This document shows, one piece after another, positions 18,533 to 28,720 of a DNA stretch of 64,000 nt. The stretch covers positions 1,632,001 through 1,696,000 of the forward strand of contig OZ241744.1 in NCBI GenBank assembly GCA_965200965.1, given 5' to 3'. The notes beneath the pieces were generated by a model that saw nothing but the letters and a program-made list of their open reading frames with translations, had not been told where the DNA came from and did not search any database. This DNA is from an uncultured Candidatus Binatia bacterium. GTDB taxonomy: Bacteria > Desulfobacterota > Binatia > Bin18. The translations under genes and the position numbers were made by a program. Every line of letters starts with the position of its first letter. Position 1 is the stretch's first letter.

Positions 18533-20840
18533 ACCGTCCTCCTCGCTGTATCGCCGCGGCCAAGTCCGGGCTCAGCCGCTCTGGCCGTCGGACCGGCAGC
18601 TCAATAAGAAAGCGACTCCCGTGGGGGGTATTGTCCTGCACGCGCAGAAAAGCCTGATGATCGGCTACCACCGTGGCCACAATCGCCAGGCCAAGGCCCG
18701 TGCCGTCTTTTTTGGTCGAAAAATAGGGCTCAAACAAGCGATCTTTGATCTCCGCCGGAATACCGCAGCCGGTGTCGGTCACCTCAAGCCGAACGATGCC
18801 GACCGAGCGGAAAAAGCGGGTCAAGACCTCAATGTGCCCCGGCGAGCCGTTGCCACTGCCGTTGACCTGGGCCTGGCAGGCGGCCACGGCGTTGTCCAGC
18901 AGGTTGCGTACCGTCCGTTTGATACCCTCGCGGTCAAGGTCTAACAGCGGCAGATTGGGGTCGCAGGACAGGCTGAAATCCAGCTCCCGGTGGGCCTCGG
19001 AAAAGATGATGGTCACCTCCCGGATCAGGGCGTTCAGGTCCTCCGGCTGGTACTCGGCGGTCGGTAGACGGGCAAAGGTCGAAAACTCGTTGACCAGTCG
19101 TTTAAGTGTATTGACCTCATGTGCGATGCTCTGGACACATTCGTTGAACACGCTCTGGGAGTCGGACCCCTGCGGCGCAAAGCGACGGTGCAAGCGCTGG
19201 GCGGCAAGCTGAATCGGGGTCAGCGGGTTTTTGATTTCGTGGGCAATCCGGCACGCCACCTCACGCCAGGCTTCCATCCGTTCGACCCGGATGATCTGGG
19301 TCACGTCCTCAAAAAAGCACACCCCGCCCAACACGTCTCCGCCCTCGTCGGTCAGGGGTGCGGTCGTCACCAGCAGGGTCAGGGTCTGGCCGTTGCGCAG
19401 CAGGCGCAGCTGGCCCTGGCTGTCAGGTCCGCTCTCGCCGCCAGCGCACGGCGAGCCGAGCGGCTCGGTCAGCAGGTCCCCGACCATCCGCCGCAGTTCG
19501 GCGAACTCGGCCGTCCCAAACACGTCGCGGTAGTCGCGCCCAACGGCCTCCTCTGCGGCCACCCCCAGCAGCCGTTCGGCGGCCCGATTCAGCGTCGAGA
19601 CCAGACCGGCCCGATCCAGAGACACGACCCCGGCGTTCATATTGGCCAGCAGGATTTCCATATAGCACCGTCGGGCTTCCAGTTCTTGATGGCTGCGCTG
19701 TAGGTCGGTCGTCATCCGGTTAAAGGCGACCACCAAGGTCCCGACCTCGTCCTCGCCCTCGCCCTCAAGCCGATGGCCCCAGTGGCCCTGGGCTACCTCA
19801 CGGGTTGCCACGGCCAGTTGTTGGAGCGGGATGGCGATCTTTTTGGACAAAAAGAAACCCAGCCACACCGCGGAAAAGACCGCCACCAGCGTCGCCAGAG
19901 ACATGGTGATCACATAGCTGTTTTTCATCGGCTGCTTGAGAATTCTGAGCTGTCGATACTCGTTGAAGGCGTCCGTCAGCTGGGTTACCTGCCAGGCAAT
20001 GTGAGACGGCACCACATACTCGACAACGACCGCTCCAAGTACCTCATCGCGGCCCACATCGCGGCCCAGGATGGGCACGCCGCTGCGCACGACTTGGGTC
20101 TGGCCCGGGATGTGAGCCTGACGGACGGCAGTATTCTGGAACACCTGATCGAGCAACTCGGCGTCCACGCTGCCGTCCCCGCCAACGGCGCGGTCCGGTA
20201 CCGAAGTGGCCGCCAAGAGTTGCCGGTCGGGGCCAAAGATCAGAATGCGGCCCAGCTCAGAACGGTGACGGGTGGGCTCAACCAAGCCCCGCAGAGCCTG
20301 GTCTGGCCCAGCGGTCAAGCCCCGGGCCGCCACCTCGTTGGCCAGCCCGCGGGCGTGGAACAGGGCCTCGTCAGCCAAACGCTCGTAGAAGGCATCAACG
20401 CCGCTGAGCGCTTCGACCAGCGAGTTTTCGGGCTTGTTGGAAAACCAGTTGTCAATAGACCGATTGACAAAACCAACCCCGATCAAAAACAGCAGGAGAG
20501 CCGGCAATAGGGAAATCGCTACAAAGGCCAGGACTAGCCGGAAGCGCAGGTGCGCGCCCGGGAGCTTCTGCCGCCGTTCGTAAAAAAGCTTGACCAGGTT
20601 GCGACCGACCAGAAAAACGATCAGGACGAGCAGAACGATATTGAGGTTGATCAGCAGGACAAAGACGATATTACTGGCCAAGCTGTGGATGTTGTTGAAC
20701 TGTGGCAGCGGGCTTTGCGAGACGATAAACAGCAGGACGCCGAGGGCGGTGATCAGAATCAGCCCGCCTTCCCGCAGCCGCCGGCGTCTGGCGTGGGCTG
20801 ATTCTTGGGATGGGGAAGCGGACGGCGGTCGGGTGTCCAT
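18525..20840 (-). CDS. NtrY-like membrane sensor histidine kinase (TMs, periplasmic domain, HAMP, PAS, HisKA, HATPase)
   Basis: AWREVACRIAHEIKNPLTPIQL H-box, NLLDNA, DTGCG, FEPYFSTK and GTGLGL. N-terminal architecture is typical of NtrY. Overlaps the downstream start by 8 nt. Confidence 0.92.
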   Translation of the reverse strand: MDTRPPSASPSQESAHARRRRLREGGLILITALGVLLFIVSQSPLPQFNNIHSLASNIVFVLLINLNIVLLVLIVFLVGRNLVKLFYERRQKLPGAHLRFRLVLAFVAISLLPALLLFLIGVGFVNRSIDNWFSNKPENSLVEALSGVDAFYERLADEALFHARGLANEVAARGLTAGPDQALRGLVEPTRHRSELGRILIFGPDRQLLAATSVPDRAVGGDGSVDAELLDQVFQNTAVRQAHIPGQTQVVRSGVPILGRDVGRDEVLGAVVVEYVVPSHIAWQVTQLTDAFNEYRQLRILKQPMKNSYVITMSLATLVAVFSAVWLGFFLSKKIAIPLQQLAVATREVAQGHWGHRLEGEGEDEVGTLVVAFNRMTTDLQRSHQELEARRCYMEILLANMNAGVVSLDRAGLVSTLNRAAERLLGVAAEEAVGRDYRDVFGTAEFAELRRMVGDLLTEPLGSPCAGGESGPDSQGQLRLLRNGQTLTLLVTTAPLTDEGGDVLGGVCFFEDVTQIIRVERMEAWREVACRIAHEIKNPLTPIQLAAQRLHRRFAPQGSDSQSVFNECVQSIAHEVNTLKRLVNEFSTFARLPTAEYQPEDLNALIREVTIIFSEAHRELDFSLSCDPNLPLLDLDREGIKRTVRNLLDNAVAACQAQVNGSGNGSPGHIEVLTRFFRSVGIVRLEVTDTGCGIPAEIKDRLFEPYFSTKKDGTGLGLAIVATVVADHQAFLRVQDNTPHGSRFLIELPVRRPERLSPDLAAAIQRGGRYG

Positions 20841-20865
20841 AGCGTCTCACCTGCTCCGCGGCCGC

Positions 20866-21927
20866 TCAGAACAACTCGTCCTGGCCTGCCCCGCCGGCCT
20901 TGGTGCGATCAAAATGGACGTAGGCTTTGAGGGTGGCCAGCCGTCCGCGGGGCGTGCGCTGGAGATAGCCCTCCTGAATCAGGTAGGGCTCATATACGTC
21001 TTCGATGGTATGTTTCTCTTCGCCAATGGCTGCGGCTATGGTTTCGACCCCGACCGGGCCCCCCTGGAACTTGTTAATAATTGTCAGCAGGACGGCCCGG
21101 TCCATTTTGTCAAAGCCGACCTCGTCCACTTCCAGCAGCCGCAGCGCGGCCCGGGCCACCTCCAGACTGACCACAGAGTTGGCCTTGACCTGGGCAAAGT
21201 CGCGCACCCGCCGGAGCAGGCGATTGGCAATGCGCGGCGTGCCACGCGAGCGACGGGCAATCTCGGTCACCCCGTCGGCGTCAATCGTCATGTGCAGGAT
21301 GGAGGCCGAGCGGCGAATGATCTGCTCCAGTTCGGCCGCCTGGTAAAAGTCAAGACGAAAGGTCGAGCCAAAGCGGTCGCGCAGGGGCGAGGTCAGCAGG
21401 CCCGAGCGAGTGGTCGCCCCCACCAGGGTGAAGTGTTTGAGCGACAACTTGACCGTGCGGGCCGAGGGGCCCTGGCCGACCACCAAGTCCAGTTGAAAAT
21501 CTTCCATCGCCGGATACAGGAACTCTTCTACCACCCGGTTGAGGCGGTGAATCTCATCAATGAACAGCACATCGCCGTCTTCCAGATTGGTCAGGATAGC
21601 CGCCAGGTCGCCGGGCCGTTCAATGACCGGCCCGGTCGTGGCCCGGATATCTACACCCATTTCCCGGGCGATAATATGGGCCATTGAGGTCTTGCCCAGC
21701 CCCGGCGGACCGTAGAACAGCAGGTGGTCAAGCACATCACCCCGCTGTGTAGCGGCCTGAATGGCGATATGCAGATTCTGTTTGGTGCTCTCCTGACCGA
21801 TATAGTCGTCCAGGCTGCGTGGGCGCAGCGAACCCTCAAGACGCGCCCCGCCGGCGTCCATCTGCTCGTCCAGCGACGCGTTCAGGTCAAGGACAGGGGT
21901 TCTGGGCGATTCTTCTGGCTTGCTCAC
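20866..21927 (-). CDS. ruvB: Holliday junction branch-migration helicase RuvB
   Basis: [42 protein letters not shown]. Confidence 0.97.
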   Translation of the reverse strand: MSKPEESPRTPVLDLNASLDEQMDAGGARLEGSLRPRSLDDYIGQESTKQNLHIAIQAATQRGDVLDHLLFYGPPGLGKTSMAHIIAREMGVDIRATTGPVIERPGDLAAILTNLEDGDVLFIDEIHRLNRVVEEFLYPAMEDFQLDLVVGQGPSARTVKLSLKHFTLVGATTRSGLLTSPLRDRFGSTFRLDFYQAAELEQIIRRSASILHMTIDADGVTEIARRSRGTPRIANRLLRRVRDFAQVKANSVVSLEVARAALRLLEVDEVGFDKMDRAVLLTIINKFQGGPVGVETIAAAIGEEKHTIEDVYEPYLIQEGYLQRTPRGRLATLKAYVHFDRTKAGGAGQDELF

Positions 21928-22514
21928 GCGCTCAGACTCCGTAGTGACTCCTGAATAATGTCGGTCAGCGTTGCCCGTCCATCGCGCAGAGCGCGCTGAA
22001 CTGCTTTTTCGGCCTGCACTTGGCGATAACCCAGATTGATGAGGGCCGATACCGCGTCCGCAGAAACCGCCGGTTCAGTGCCCGGGACCGCCGCGCCATC
22101 GCCGCCGGGAAACGTCCCGACCTTTTCGCGCAGTTCAACCACTAGACGCTCGGCCATTCTGCGCCCAACCCCCGGGACCGCCAGCAGCCGGGTCACATCA
22201 CCGGCCCGCAGAGCGTCTTCCAACTCCTCAACCGGGATACCGGACAGGATGTTGACGGCCAGCCGGGGGCCAATCCCGCTCACTCCCTTGAGCAGCACAA
22301 AGCCGGCCTTTTCCTGCTCGGCAAGAAAGCCGAAGAGTTGGAAGGCGTCTTCACGCACATGGGTGTGGATATGCAGACTGACCCGCTGGCCCGGCTCGGG
22401 CAGGCGATAAAAGGTCTGGAGCGAGACAAACACCAGATAGCCTACCCCACCGACATCAATGATTAGCTGATCCGTGGCCTTGTCTTTGAGCATCCCGCTC
22501 AGACGCGCAATCAT
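21924..22514 (-). CDS. ruvA: Holliday junction DNA-binding protein RuvA
   Basis: [49 protein letters not shown]. Confidence 0.95.
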   Translation of the reverse strand: MIARLSGMLKDKATDQLIIDVGGVGYLVFVSLQTFYRLPEPGQRVSLHIHTHVREDAFQLFGFLAEQEKAGFVLLKGVSGIGPRLAVNILSGIPVEELEDALRAGDVTRLLAVPGVGRRMAERLVVELREKVGTFPGGDGAAVPGTEPAVSADAVSALINLGYRQVQAEKAVQRALRDGRATLTDIIQESLRSLSA

Positions 22515-22516
22515 CC

Positions 22517-23155
22517 TCAGCCCCGGCCTCGTGCCGAGCCACCGACCAGCAGGTCTGGGGCCAGACTGTCTACTGAAACCTGCCGCCACGAGCGCGGGCG
22601 TCTTTTGCTCCGACGGCCCATCACCTCGGCCAGTTGCGTCTGAATCTGAACCGCCAACGGAGAGCTATGACAGTGACACACCGCCGCGGCCAGGGCATCC
22701 GTCGCGTCCTGGCTGGTCGGCAAGGCCGCGGTCAGTCCATTGCCCAGCAGCGCAAACACGGCTTTCTGCACCTGGGCCTTATCGGCGCGGCCATACCCGA
22801 CCACCGCGGTTTTAACTTCGGTCGGGTTATACTCGGCAATCGTCAGCCCGGCCTGAGCCGCGGCCAGGAGGATGACGCCTCGGGCTTCTCCGAGCCGCAG
22901 GGCGCTTTGTACATTGTGGGCCACAAACGCTTTTTCGAGGCTCAGGGTATGGGGGGTCCAACGCTCAATCACCTCGACGATTCCCGCGTACACGACCCGC
23001 AGCCGTTCGGGCAGGGACGAGAAGCCGGCTGTTGAGACAAGGCCCCCGGCACAAAAAGCGAGGGCTCGGCCCTGACGGTCCACAATCCCCCAGCCAGTTC
23101 GCAAGGTCCCGGGGTCTACCCCGAGCACCCGTTCTCCTTTTCCCGTGTGCCGCAC
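22517..23155 (-). CDS. ruvC: Crossover junction endodeoxyribonuclease RuvC
   Basis: VLGVDPG, LGEARG, VKTAVVGYGRADKAQV, DATDALAAAVCH. Confidence 0.95.
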   Translation of the reverse strand: MRHTGKGERVLGVDPGTLRTGWGIVDRQGRALAFCAGGLVSTAGFSSLPERLRVVYAGIVEVIERWTPHTLSLEKAFVAHNVQSALRLGEARGVILLAAAQAGLTIAEYNPTEVKTAVVGYGRADKAQVQKAVFALLGNGLTAALPTSQDATDALAAAVCHCHSSPLAVQIQTQLAEVMGRRSKRRPRSWRQVSVDSLAPDLLVGGSARGRG

Positions 23156-23184
23156 CGGTCCTCCTCTCCCACCTCATCAACGTG

Positions 23185-23937
23185 TCAGGCCGCGCTCAAG
23201 CGATCGAAGTCCTCTTCAGAGAACTCACAGTTGGCGGCTACGCTCTGGATATCGTCGTGTTCCTGCAACACGTCGAGCAGCTTATACACCTGCTCGGCCT
23301 CTTTGCCGGACAGGCTGACCGTATTCTGGGGAACGAGCGTCACCTCTGCCGACTGCATGTTCAGACCGGCCTGCTCAAGGGTGGCATGGACCGCATTAAA
23401 ATCCTCTGGACTGGTTACTACCTCAAAGCCGCCCTCGCCGCCGCTCACGTCTTCAGCCCCGGCCTCCAGCACAATTTCCATCAGCCGGTCTTCGTCAACC
23501 TGCCCAGCCCCGACCGCAATAATGCCTTTTTTATCAAACATCCAGGCGACCGAGTTTGAGGTCCCCAGGCTGCCGCCATACTTGGTCAGGAAATGGCGGA
23601 TCTCGGCCACCGTCCGGTTCCTGTTATCAGTCAGGACTTGCAGCATGAGGGCCACCCCGCCCGGGCCGTGGCCCTCATAGACGACCTCCTCATAGCTGAC
23701 GCCTTCGAGTTCGCCGGCACCTTTTTTGACCGCCCGCTCAATCGTGTCGTTCGGCATACTGGCGGCTCGGGCTGCGGCCAGAGCGGTGCGCAAGCGCGGG
23801 TTGGCCGACGCATCACTGCCGCCGATGCGAGCCGAAATGGTCAAATCTTTGATCAGCTTGTTGAACAGCTTGCCCCGGCGTGCGTCCTTGACCGCCTTTT
23901 TATGTTTGATCGTGCTCCATTTAGAGTGGCCCGACAT
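23185..23937 (-). CDS. yebC: YebC/PmpR-family protein
   Basis: MSGHSKWSTIKHKK, NPRLR, YEGHGPGG, TDNRNRT. Canonical position upstream of ruvC. Confidence 0.95.
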   Translation of the reverse strand: MSGHSKWSTIKHKKAVKDARRGKLFNKLIKDLTISARIGGSDASANPRLRTALAAARAASMPNDTIERAVKKGAGELEGVSYEEVVYEGHGPGGVALMLQVLTDNRNRTVAEIRHFLTKYGGSLGTSNSVAWMFDKKGIIAVGAGQVDEDRLMEIVLEAGAEDVSGGEGGFEVVTSPEDFNAVHATLEQAGLNMQSAEVTLVPQNTVSLSGKEAEQVYKLLDVLQEHDDIQSVAANCEFSEEDFDRLSAA

Positions 23938-24124
23938 GGAAATGCCCCTCCCGCGCGGTGAGTGTCTGGCCCTGTGCTTAGCACATTGAGGCTGGGGAGT
24001 AAACGGAGAGCTCGCCCCCCGGGACTGCCAGCAAAGATGCTAAACATTTGAAAAATATGGGATTTCAGAATACCCGGCAGAAGGCCGATCGAAAAAACAG
24101 CAGACAGGCTCTCCGGGCGGTGGC

Positions 24125-25876
24125 CTATCTCGCCCCAACGGCCACGACCCGGACCGTTATGATGTCGGTGTCATGGTACTGCTGGTGGCGCACCGATGAG
24201 GCGACATGCCGCAACAGACGCAGTGACAACTCGTTCTCGGCCGGCGTCCCAGCGGTCCGCTCGCCGAGGAGGGCGAGGCGGTCCTCAAGGTTTTCGTCGC
24301 CGCTCGTGGCCACAAACTCCAATTCCGCGGCGTTCCGGTCGCCGCACGCAACGAGCAGCAGACGCTGGCCGGCCCTTGTCGGTCTGTCCGCCTCGGGCTG
24401 AAGGAGGGTCAGCATGGTCTCTTCGCCGGCTGAGCACAGCCGCTCGGTGGACTCGGCATTCCAGCCCAGGCGCGATGCCAACTGGCGCAGAAAATCCTCA
24501 ATCTTTGGCAGGACGGCGAGATCGAGTTCCATTTCGATACGCCGACGGCGCGGGCCGGTCAATTCCAGGAACAGGGTCAGGACAATCGCCGCAAAGCCGC
24601 CCATTGTCATGCCGTTGCCGAGCAACGCACTCCAGGCCTCGCCGAGATGGTCAACGAAAATGGCCTGATTCTGAAATCCTACCCCCAGCCAGAAGGCGAC
24701 CCCGGCTACTGTGGCCTTGCGATAATCAATGTCGTCCTGGACGATGATCTTCATGCCCTGCATGAACAGCAGCCCCAGCAACACAAAAGCATAGGCGGCG
24801 ACGACCGGGCTTGGAATAGCCAGCAGAAGGGCGGTGGCCTTGGGCAGAAACGCCAGCGTGACGAAGACAATGCCGACGCCAACGCCAACACTGCGAGCGC
24901 CAACTCCGGTCAGTTCGGCGAGCGGTACGCTTGACGAGTAGGTCGTATTCGGCACGGTGGCGGCAAGGCCGGACAGCAGGTTGCCCACACCGTCGGCGGC
25001 GACTGCACCCTGGACCGTCCGAAAACTGATCGCCCGCGGCGCACGCCACGAGACCCGCTGAATGGCCACCGCATCGCCAACCGTCTCAATAGCGCCAACC
25101 AGGGTCACGAACACGAAGGCCGGCAACAGAGCCCAGAACTCGGCCCCAAACCGCAGGTCAAACCCCGGCCAAGCGAGCGTCGGCAGGCCAACCCAGGCCG
25201 CGGCGCTCACCCGTTCGAGGTCGTACAGCCCAAACGGCGAGGCAACAAGACAGCCCAAGGCAATGCCGATGACCGGTGCCCACAGCCGCCAGACGCCCGA
25301 GGCCCGCAGCGCCAGGGCCACGACGACGGTCAGGGTGGCCGCGGCGCTTATCGGAGCCGCGGCCGGTGATGTTCCCTCGGGCACATCGGTCAACAACTCG
25401 AACATGACCGGCATGATGGTGACGGAGATCATGCCGATGACCGTACCGGCGACGACCGGAGTGATGATCCGCCGCAGCAGCGACAGCCAAGCCGACAGCG
25501 CGAACTGGAACAGTGACGAGACAACAATCAGGCTGGCCAGCAGGGCCGGTCCCCCCTCCACCAGGGCCGTGATGGAGACAGAAATAAAGGTGGCCGAGGT
25601 GCCCATGATGAGGACATGGCCGGAGCCGATACGCCCCAGCCGGGCGGCCTGGAGGACGGTCGTCAGCCCGCTGATGAGCAGCGCCGCAAAGACCGCCCAG
25701 GACAAATAGCTCTCGCTCTGGTTGGCCGCCCGGATCACGATGGCCGGGGTCAGCACAATGGCTACCAGGACAATCATGGCATACTGAAAGCCGAGGCCCA
25801 GGGACAGGAGGTACGGAGGCTGTTCGTCGGGTTCGTAGCGGACATTCGGGTTATGACCGGTGGAATCGGCAGGCAT
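24125..25876 (-). CDS. NCS2 (xanthine/uracil) family permease with an extra C-terminal soluble domain
   Basis: LGFQ, ETVGD, ADGVGN, PNTTYS..V..TGV and many TM helices, followed by a ~130-aa soluble tail. Start set at MPADS (ORF open from 26014). Confidence 0.85.
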   Translation of the reverse strand: MPADSTGHNPNVRYEPDEQPPYLLSLGLGFQYAMIVLVAIVLTPAIVIRAANQSESYLSWAVFAALLISGLTTVLQAARLGRIGSGHVLIMGTSATFISVSITALVEGGPALLASLIVVSSLFQFALSAWLSLLRRIITPVVAGTVIGMISVTIMPVMFELLTDVPEGTSPAAAPISAAATLTVVVALALRASGVWRLWAPVIGIALGCLVASPFGLYDLERVSAAAWVGLPTLAWPGFDLRFGAEFWALLPAFVFVTLVGAIETVGDAVAIQRVSWRAPRAISFRTVQGAVAADGVGNLLSGLAATVPNTTYSSSVPLAELTGVGARSVGVGVGIVFVTLAFLPKATALLLAIPSPVVAAYAFVLLGLLFMQGMKIIVQDDIDYRKATVAGVAFWLGVGFQNQAIFVDHLGEAWSALLGNGMTMGGFAAIVLTLFLELTGPRRRRIEMELDLAVLPKIEDFLRQLASRLGWNAESTERLCSAGEETMLTLLQPEADRPTRAGQRLLLVACGDRNAAELEFVATSGDENLEDRLALLGERTAGTPAENELSLRLLRHVASSVRHQQYHDTDIITVRVVAVGAR

Positions 25877-26042
25877 CGTGTCAACCTCAGCGGACGAGAC
25901 AATAAGGGCGGAGGGTAGCAGAGACGATCTCTCCCGACAACACCTTTCGACTGCCGGCGCAATGCCCTGCAACGCTGGCCACCTTTTGCAAGCCCTGAAC
26001 GCTTGAGGCATCATACCCCGGCACGGGAAGAAGGGAGAGGGT

Positions 26043-28622
26043 ATGAAAAAATTGGGGCGATGGGGTGGCTTGGCCGGCCTTGTAGTGGTGATTGGCTCAG
26101 GGCTGGCAGGGGCGCAAGAGACGGTCGTTGAACTCGGAGCACTTCAGGTTGTCGGCTCCCGGCTGCCGGGCCGCTCGGCCCAGGACGCTCCGGTGCCGGT
26201 GGACGTGATCCAGGGGGAAGACCTGCGGACCTACGGCATCCGGGACATGAACAACCTGCTGGCCGCCACCATCCCATCCTACAACATCTCGCAGCACTCT
26301 GTCGGCAGCCAGGATGTGCTAGTCCGGCCGGCCAAGCTGCGCGGCCTGCCGCCCGACTCTACCCTGGTGCTCGTCAACGGCAAACGCCGCCACCGCTCGT
26401 CAGCGATTACGGTCTGGAGCCGGGGCCGGGCGCGCGGCTCGCACGGGCCCGATATTGCCGCCATCCCGGCCATTGCCCTCAAACGGGTTGAAGTCCTGCG
26501 CGACGGGGCCGCGGCCCAGTACGGCTCGGACGCGGTGGCCGGCGTGCTCAACTTTGTCCTGCGTGACACCGCCGAGGGCCTCACCCTGGAGACCCGCCTG
26601 GGCCAGCACTACCACGGCGACGGCGACCTGGCGAACATGGCGGCCAATGTTGGCCTGCCGCTGACCGAGGCCGGCTTTGCCAACCTGAGCTTTGAGTTCA
26701 CCAACGCCGACTCCACCAATCGCAGTGTGCAACGCGCCGACGCCCTGCCGCTCATCGCCGCTGGCAACGAGCATGTCCGTCGCTCGCCGACCCAGGTGTG
26801 GGGCGCGCCCGACCTGCACTATGACTATAAGTTCTTCGGCAACTTCGGCCTTGAGCTCGGCGACCATCACCACGCCTATGCGTTCGGCAACTATGCCGAA
26901 CGCGAACTCGAAGATTCGTGGTTTTATCGCCACCCGGCAAACTTCGCCCAGGTGTTTACCGACCCCTTCGGCCCCAATAACGGCGGGGGACCGAACGCCG
27001 ATCTGTTGATTGCCGACCTGAGCCCCGAGCTGTCCGCCGGCTGTCCTCGGGTCCCGACCGAAAACTACCTGCCCGACCCGGCCTGGCTGGCCGAGGTCCG
27101 GGCTAACCCCGACTGCGATACCCTGTCCCTCCACTTTCCGGGCGGTTTCACGCCTCGCTGGAACGGCACGGTGACGGACTGGAGCATCGCCCTCGGGCTG
27201 CGCGGGACGCTGCGCAGCCCCTCCCTGTCGCTCAACGGCTGGCAGTACGACATGAGCGGGGTGTTCGGCCAGCACCGCATCGTCGGCCGGGTCAGGAACA
27301 GCGTCAACCCGAACCTGATCCGCCTCGGGTCGGCCATGCCAACCGAGTACAGGGTCTCGGGCTATGCAGAGCGGGACATGCTGTTCAACCTCGACCTGTC
27401 CCGGCCGTTCGACCCTGGCCTGTTCGCGTCCCCGCTGAATGTCGCCCTCGGCCTGGAGTACCGCGAGGAAGAGTTCGAAAATGAAACTGGCGAACCCGAC
27501 TCCTGGTTCCGCGACGAAACACTCGTCGCCCAGGGGTTTCTGAACGGCGTCACCGGCCAGCAGGGCACCCCGCCGAGGGACGCGGGGGTGGCCAGCCGAG
27601 GCATCTTTGGTGCCTATCTCGACCTGGAAGCCGATGTTACCGGGAATGTCCTGGTCACCGCGGCCGGCCGCTATGAGGACCACGGGGGGATAGGAGACTC
27701 GCTTGTCGGCAAGTTAGCCGCCCGCTGGGAAGTGCTCAAGGACGCTGTAGCCTTACGCGGCTCGGTCGGCACCGGCTTTCGGGCTCCGACCGTCGGCCAA
27801 GTCAACTACCGCCGGGCTACCACCGGCATCGATCGGCGCAGGGGAGTCCTGGCCGAGGTCGTCACCCTGCCCGTAGACCATCCGATCGCCCGACAGATGG
27901 GGGCCAAGCCGCTCAAGCCCGAACACTCAACCAGCTTCGGCGTCGGCGCGGTGCTGACCCTCGGTGCCCTGTCGGTAACCGCGGACTACTACAACATTGA
28001 GATCCGCAAGCGGATTTTCCAGAGCGGAGACCTGCGGCTGACCGACGCCGACCGGGCCGCGTTGAGGGCCGCCGGCATTGACTTCTCCAGCCTGAGCCTG
28101 GTGCGCTATTTCACCAATGACTTTGATTCTACCACCCAGGGGGTCAACGTAGTAGCGACCTGTCCCCTAGACTGGTTCGGTGGCAGGACCGCCTTCACCT
28201 TTGCCGGCAACTGGAACAACTCCAAGGTTGATACACACGGCCCAGCCCTGCGCGACTACCATGTGGCCCATATTGAGGAGATTGACCCGGAGTTCCGCTT
28301 CACCCTCAGCGCGGACCACCGCTGGGGCCCGTGGCGGCTCCTCAGCCGACTGCGCTATTATGACGACTTCCACAGCTTCCCGGGCTTGTCCACACTCCGC
28401 AATCGCACCCACGCCAAGGCCCGGGCCCTGCTTGACCTGGAGGCTTCCTACACCTTCCTGAACACCGGCCTGACGCTGGCCTTCGGGGCCCAAAACCTGT
28501 TTGACACCTATCCGACCAAAAACCGGGGCGCGGCTGTCTTTGGCGAAAAATACCCAGTCACCTCGCCCTATGGCTTCAACGGCGGGTTCTACTATGCGCG
28601 GGCCGGATTTGAGTGGGGCTAG
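26043..28622 (+). CDS. TonB-dependent receptor (paralogue 1)
   Basis: Signal peptide, VVGSR..APVPVDVI, LRGLPPDSTLVLVNGKRRH, RVEVLRDGAAAQYGSDAVAGVLN and an aromatic C-terminal strand. Confidence 0.93.
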   Translation: MKKLGRWGGLAGLVVVIGSGLAGAQETVVELGALQVVGSRLPGRSAQDAPVPVDVIQGEDLRTYGIRDMNNLLAATIPSYNISQHSVGSQDVLVRPAKLRGLPPDSTLVLVNGKRRHRSSAITVWSRGRARGSHGPDIAAIPAIALKRVEVLRDGAAAQYGSDAVAGVLNFVLRDTAEGLTLETRLGQHYHGDGDLANMAANVGLPLTEAGFANLSFEFTNADSTNRSVQRADALPLIAAGNEHVRRSPTQVWGAPDLHYDYKFFGNFGLELGDHHHAYAFGNYAERELEDSWFYRHPANFAQVFTDPFGPNNGGGPNADLLIADLSPELSAGCPRVPTENYLPDPAWLAEVRANPDCDTLSLHFPGGFTPRWNGTVTDWSIALGLRGTLRSPSLSLNGWQYDMSGVFGQHRIVGRVRNSVNPNLIRLGSAMPTEYRVSGYAERDMLFNLDLSRPFDPGLFASPLNVALGLEYREEEFENETGEPDSWFRDETLVAQGFLNGVTGQQGTPPRDAGVASRGIFGAYLDLEADVTGNVLVTAAGRYEDHGGIGDSLVGKLAARWEVLKDAVALRGSVGTGFRAPTVGQVNYRRATTGIDRRRGVLAEVVTLPVDHPIARQMGAKPLKPEHSTSFGVGAVLTLGALSVTADYYNIEIRKRIFQSGDLRLTDADRAALRAAGIDFSSLSLVRYFTNDFDSTTQGVNVVATCPLDWFGGRTAFTFAGNWNNSKVDTHGPALRDYHVAHIEEIDPEFRFTLSADHRWGPWRLLSRLRYYDDFHSFPGLSTLRNRTHAKARALLDLEASYTFLNTGLTLAFGAQNLFDTYPTKNRGAAVFGEKYPVTSPYGFNGGFYYARAGFEWG

Positions 28623-28720
28623 GCTGTGGTATCGACAACCGGCGGGGCTGGAGGTATTATCTGTAGACTTGGAGATTACCCAATCGGCAGGAAGCGAAAA
28701 CCCGAACTTGAGGAGGCACT

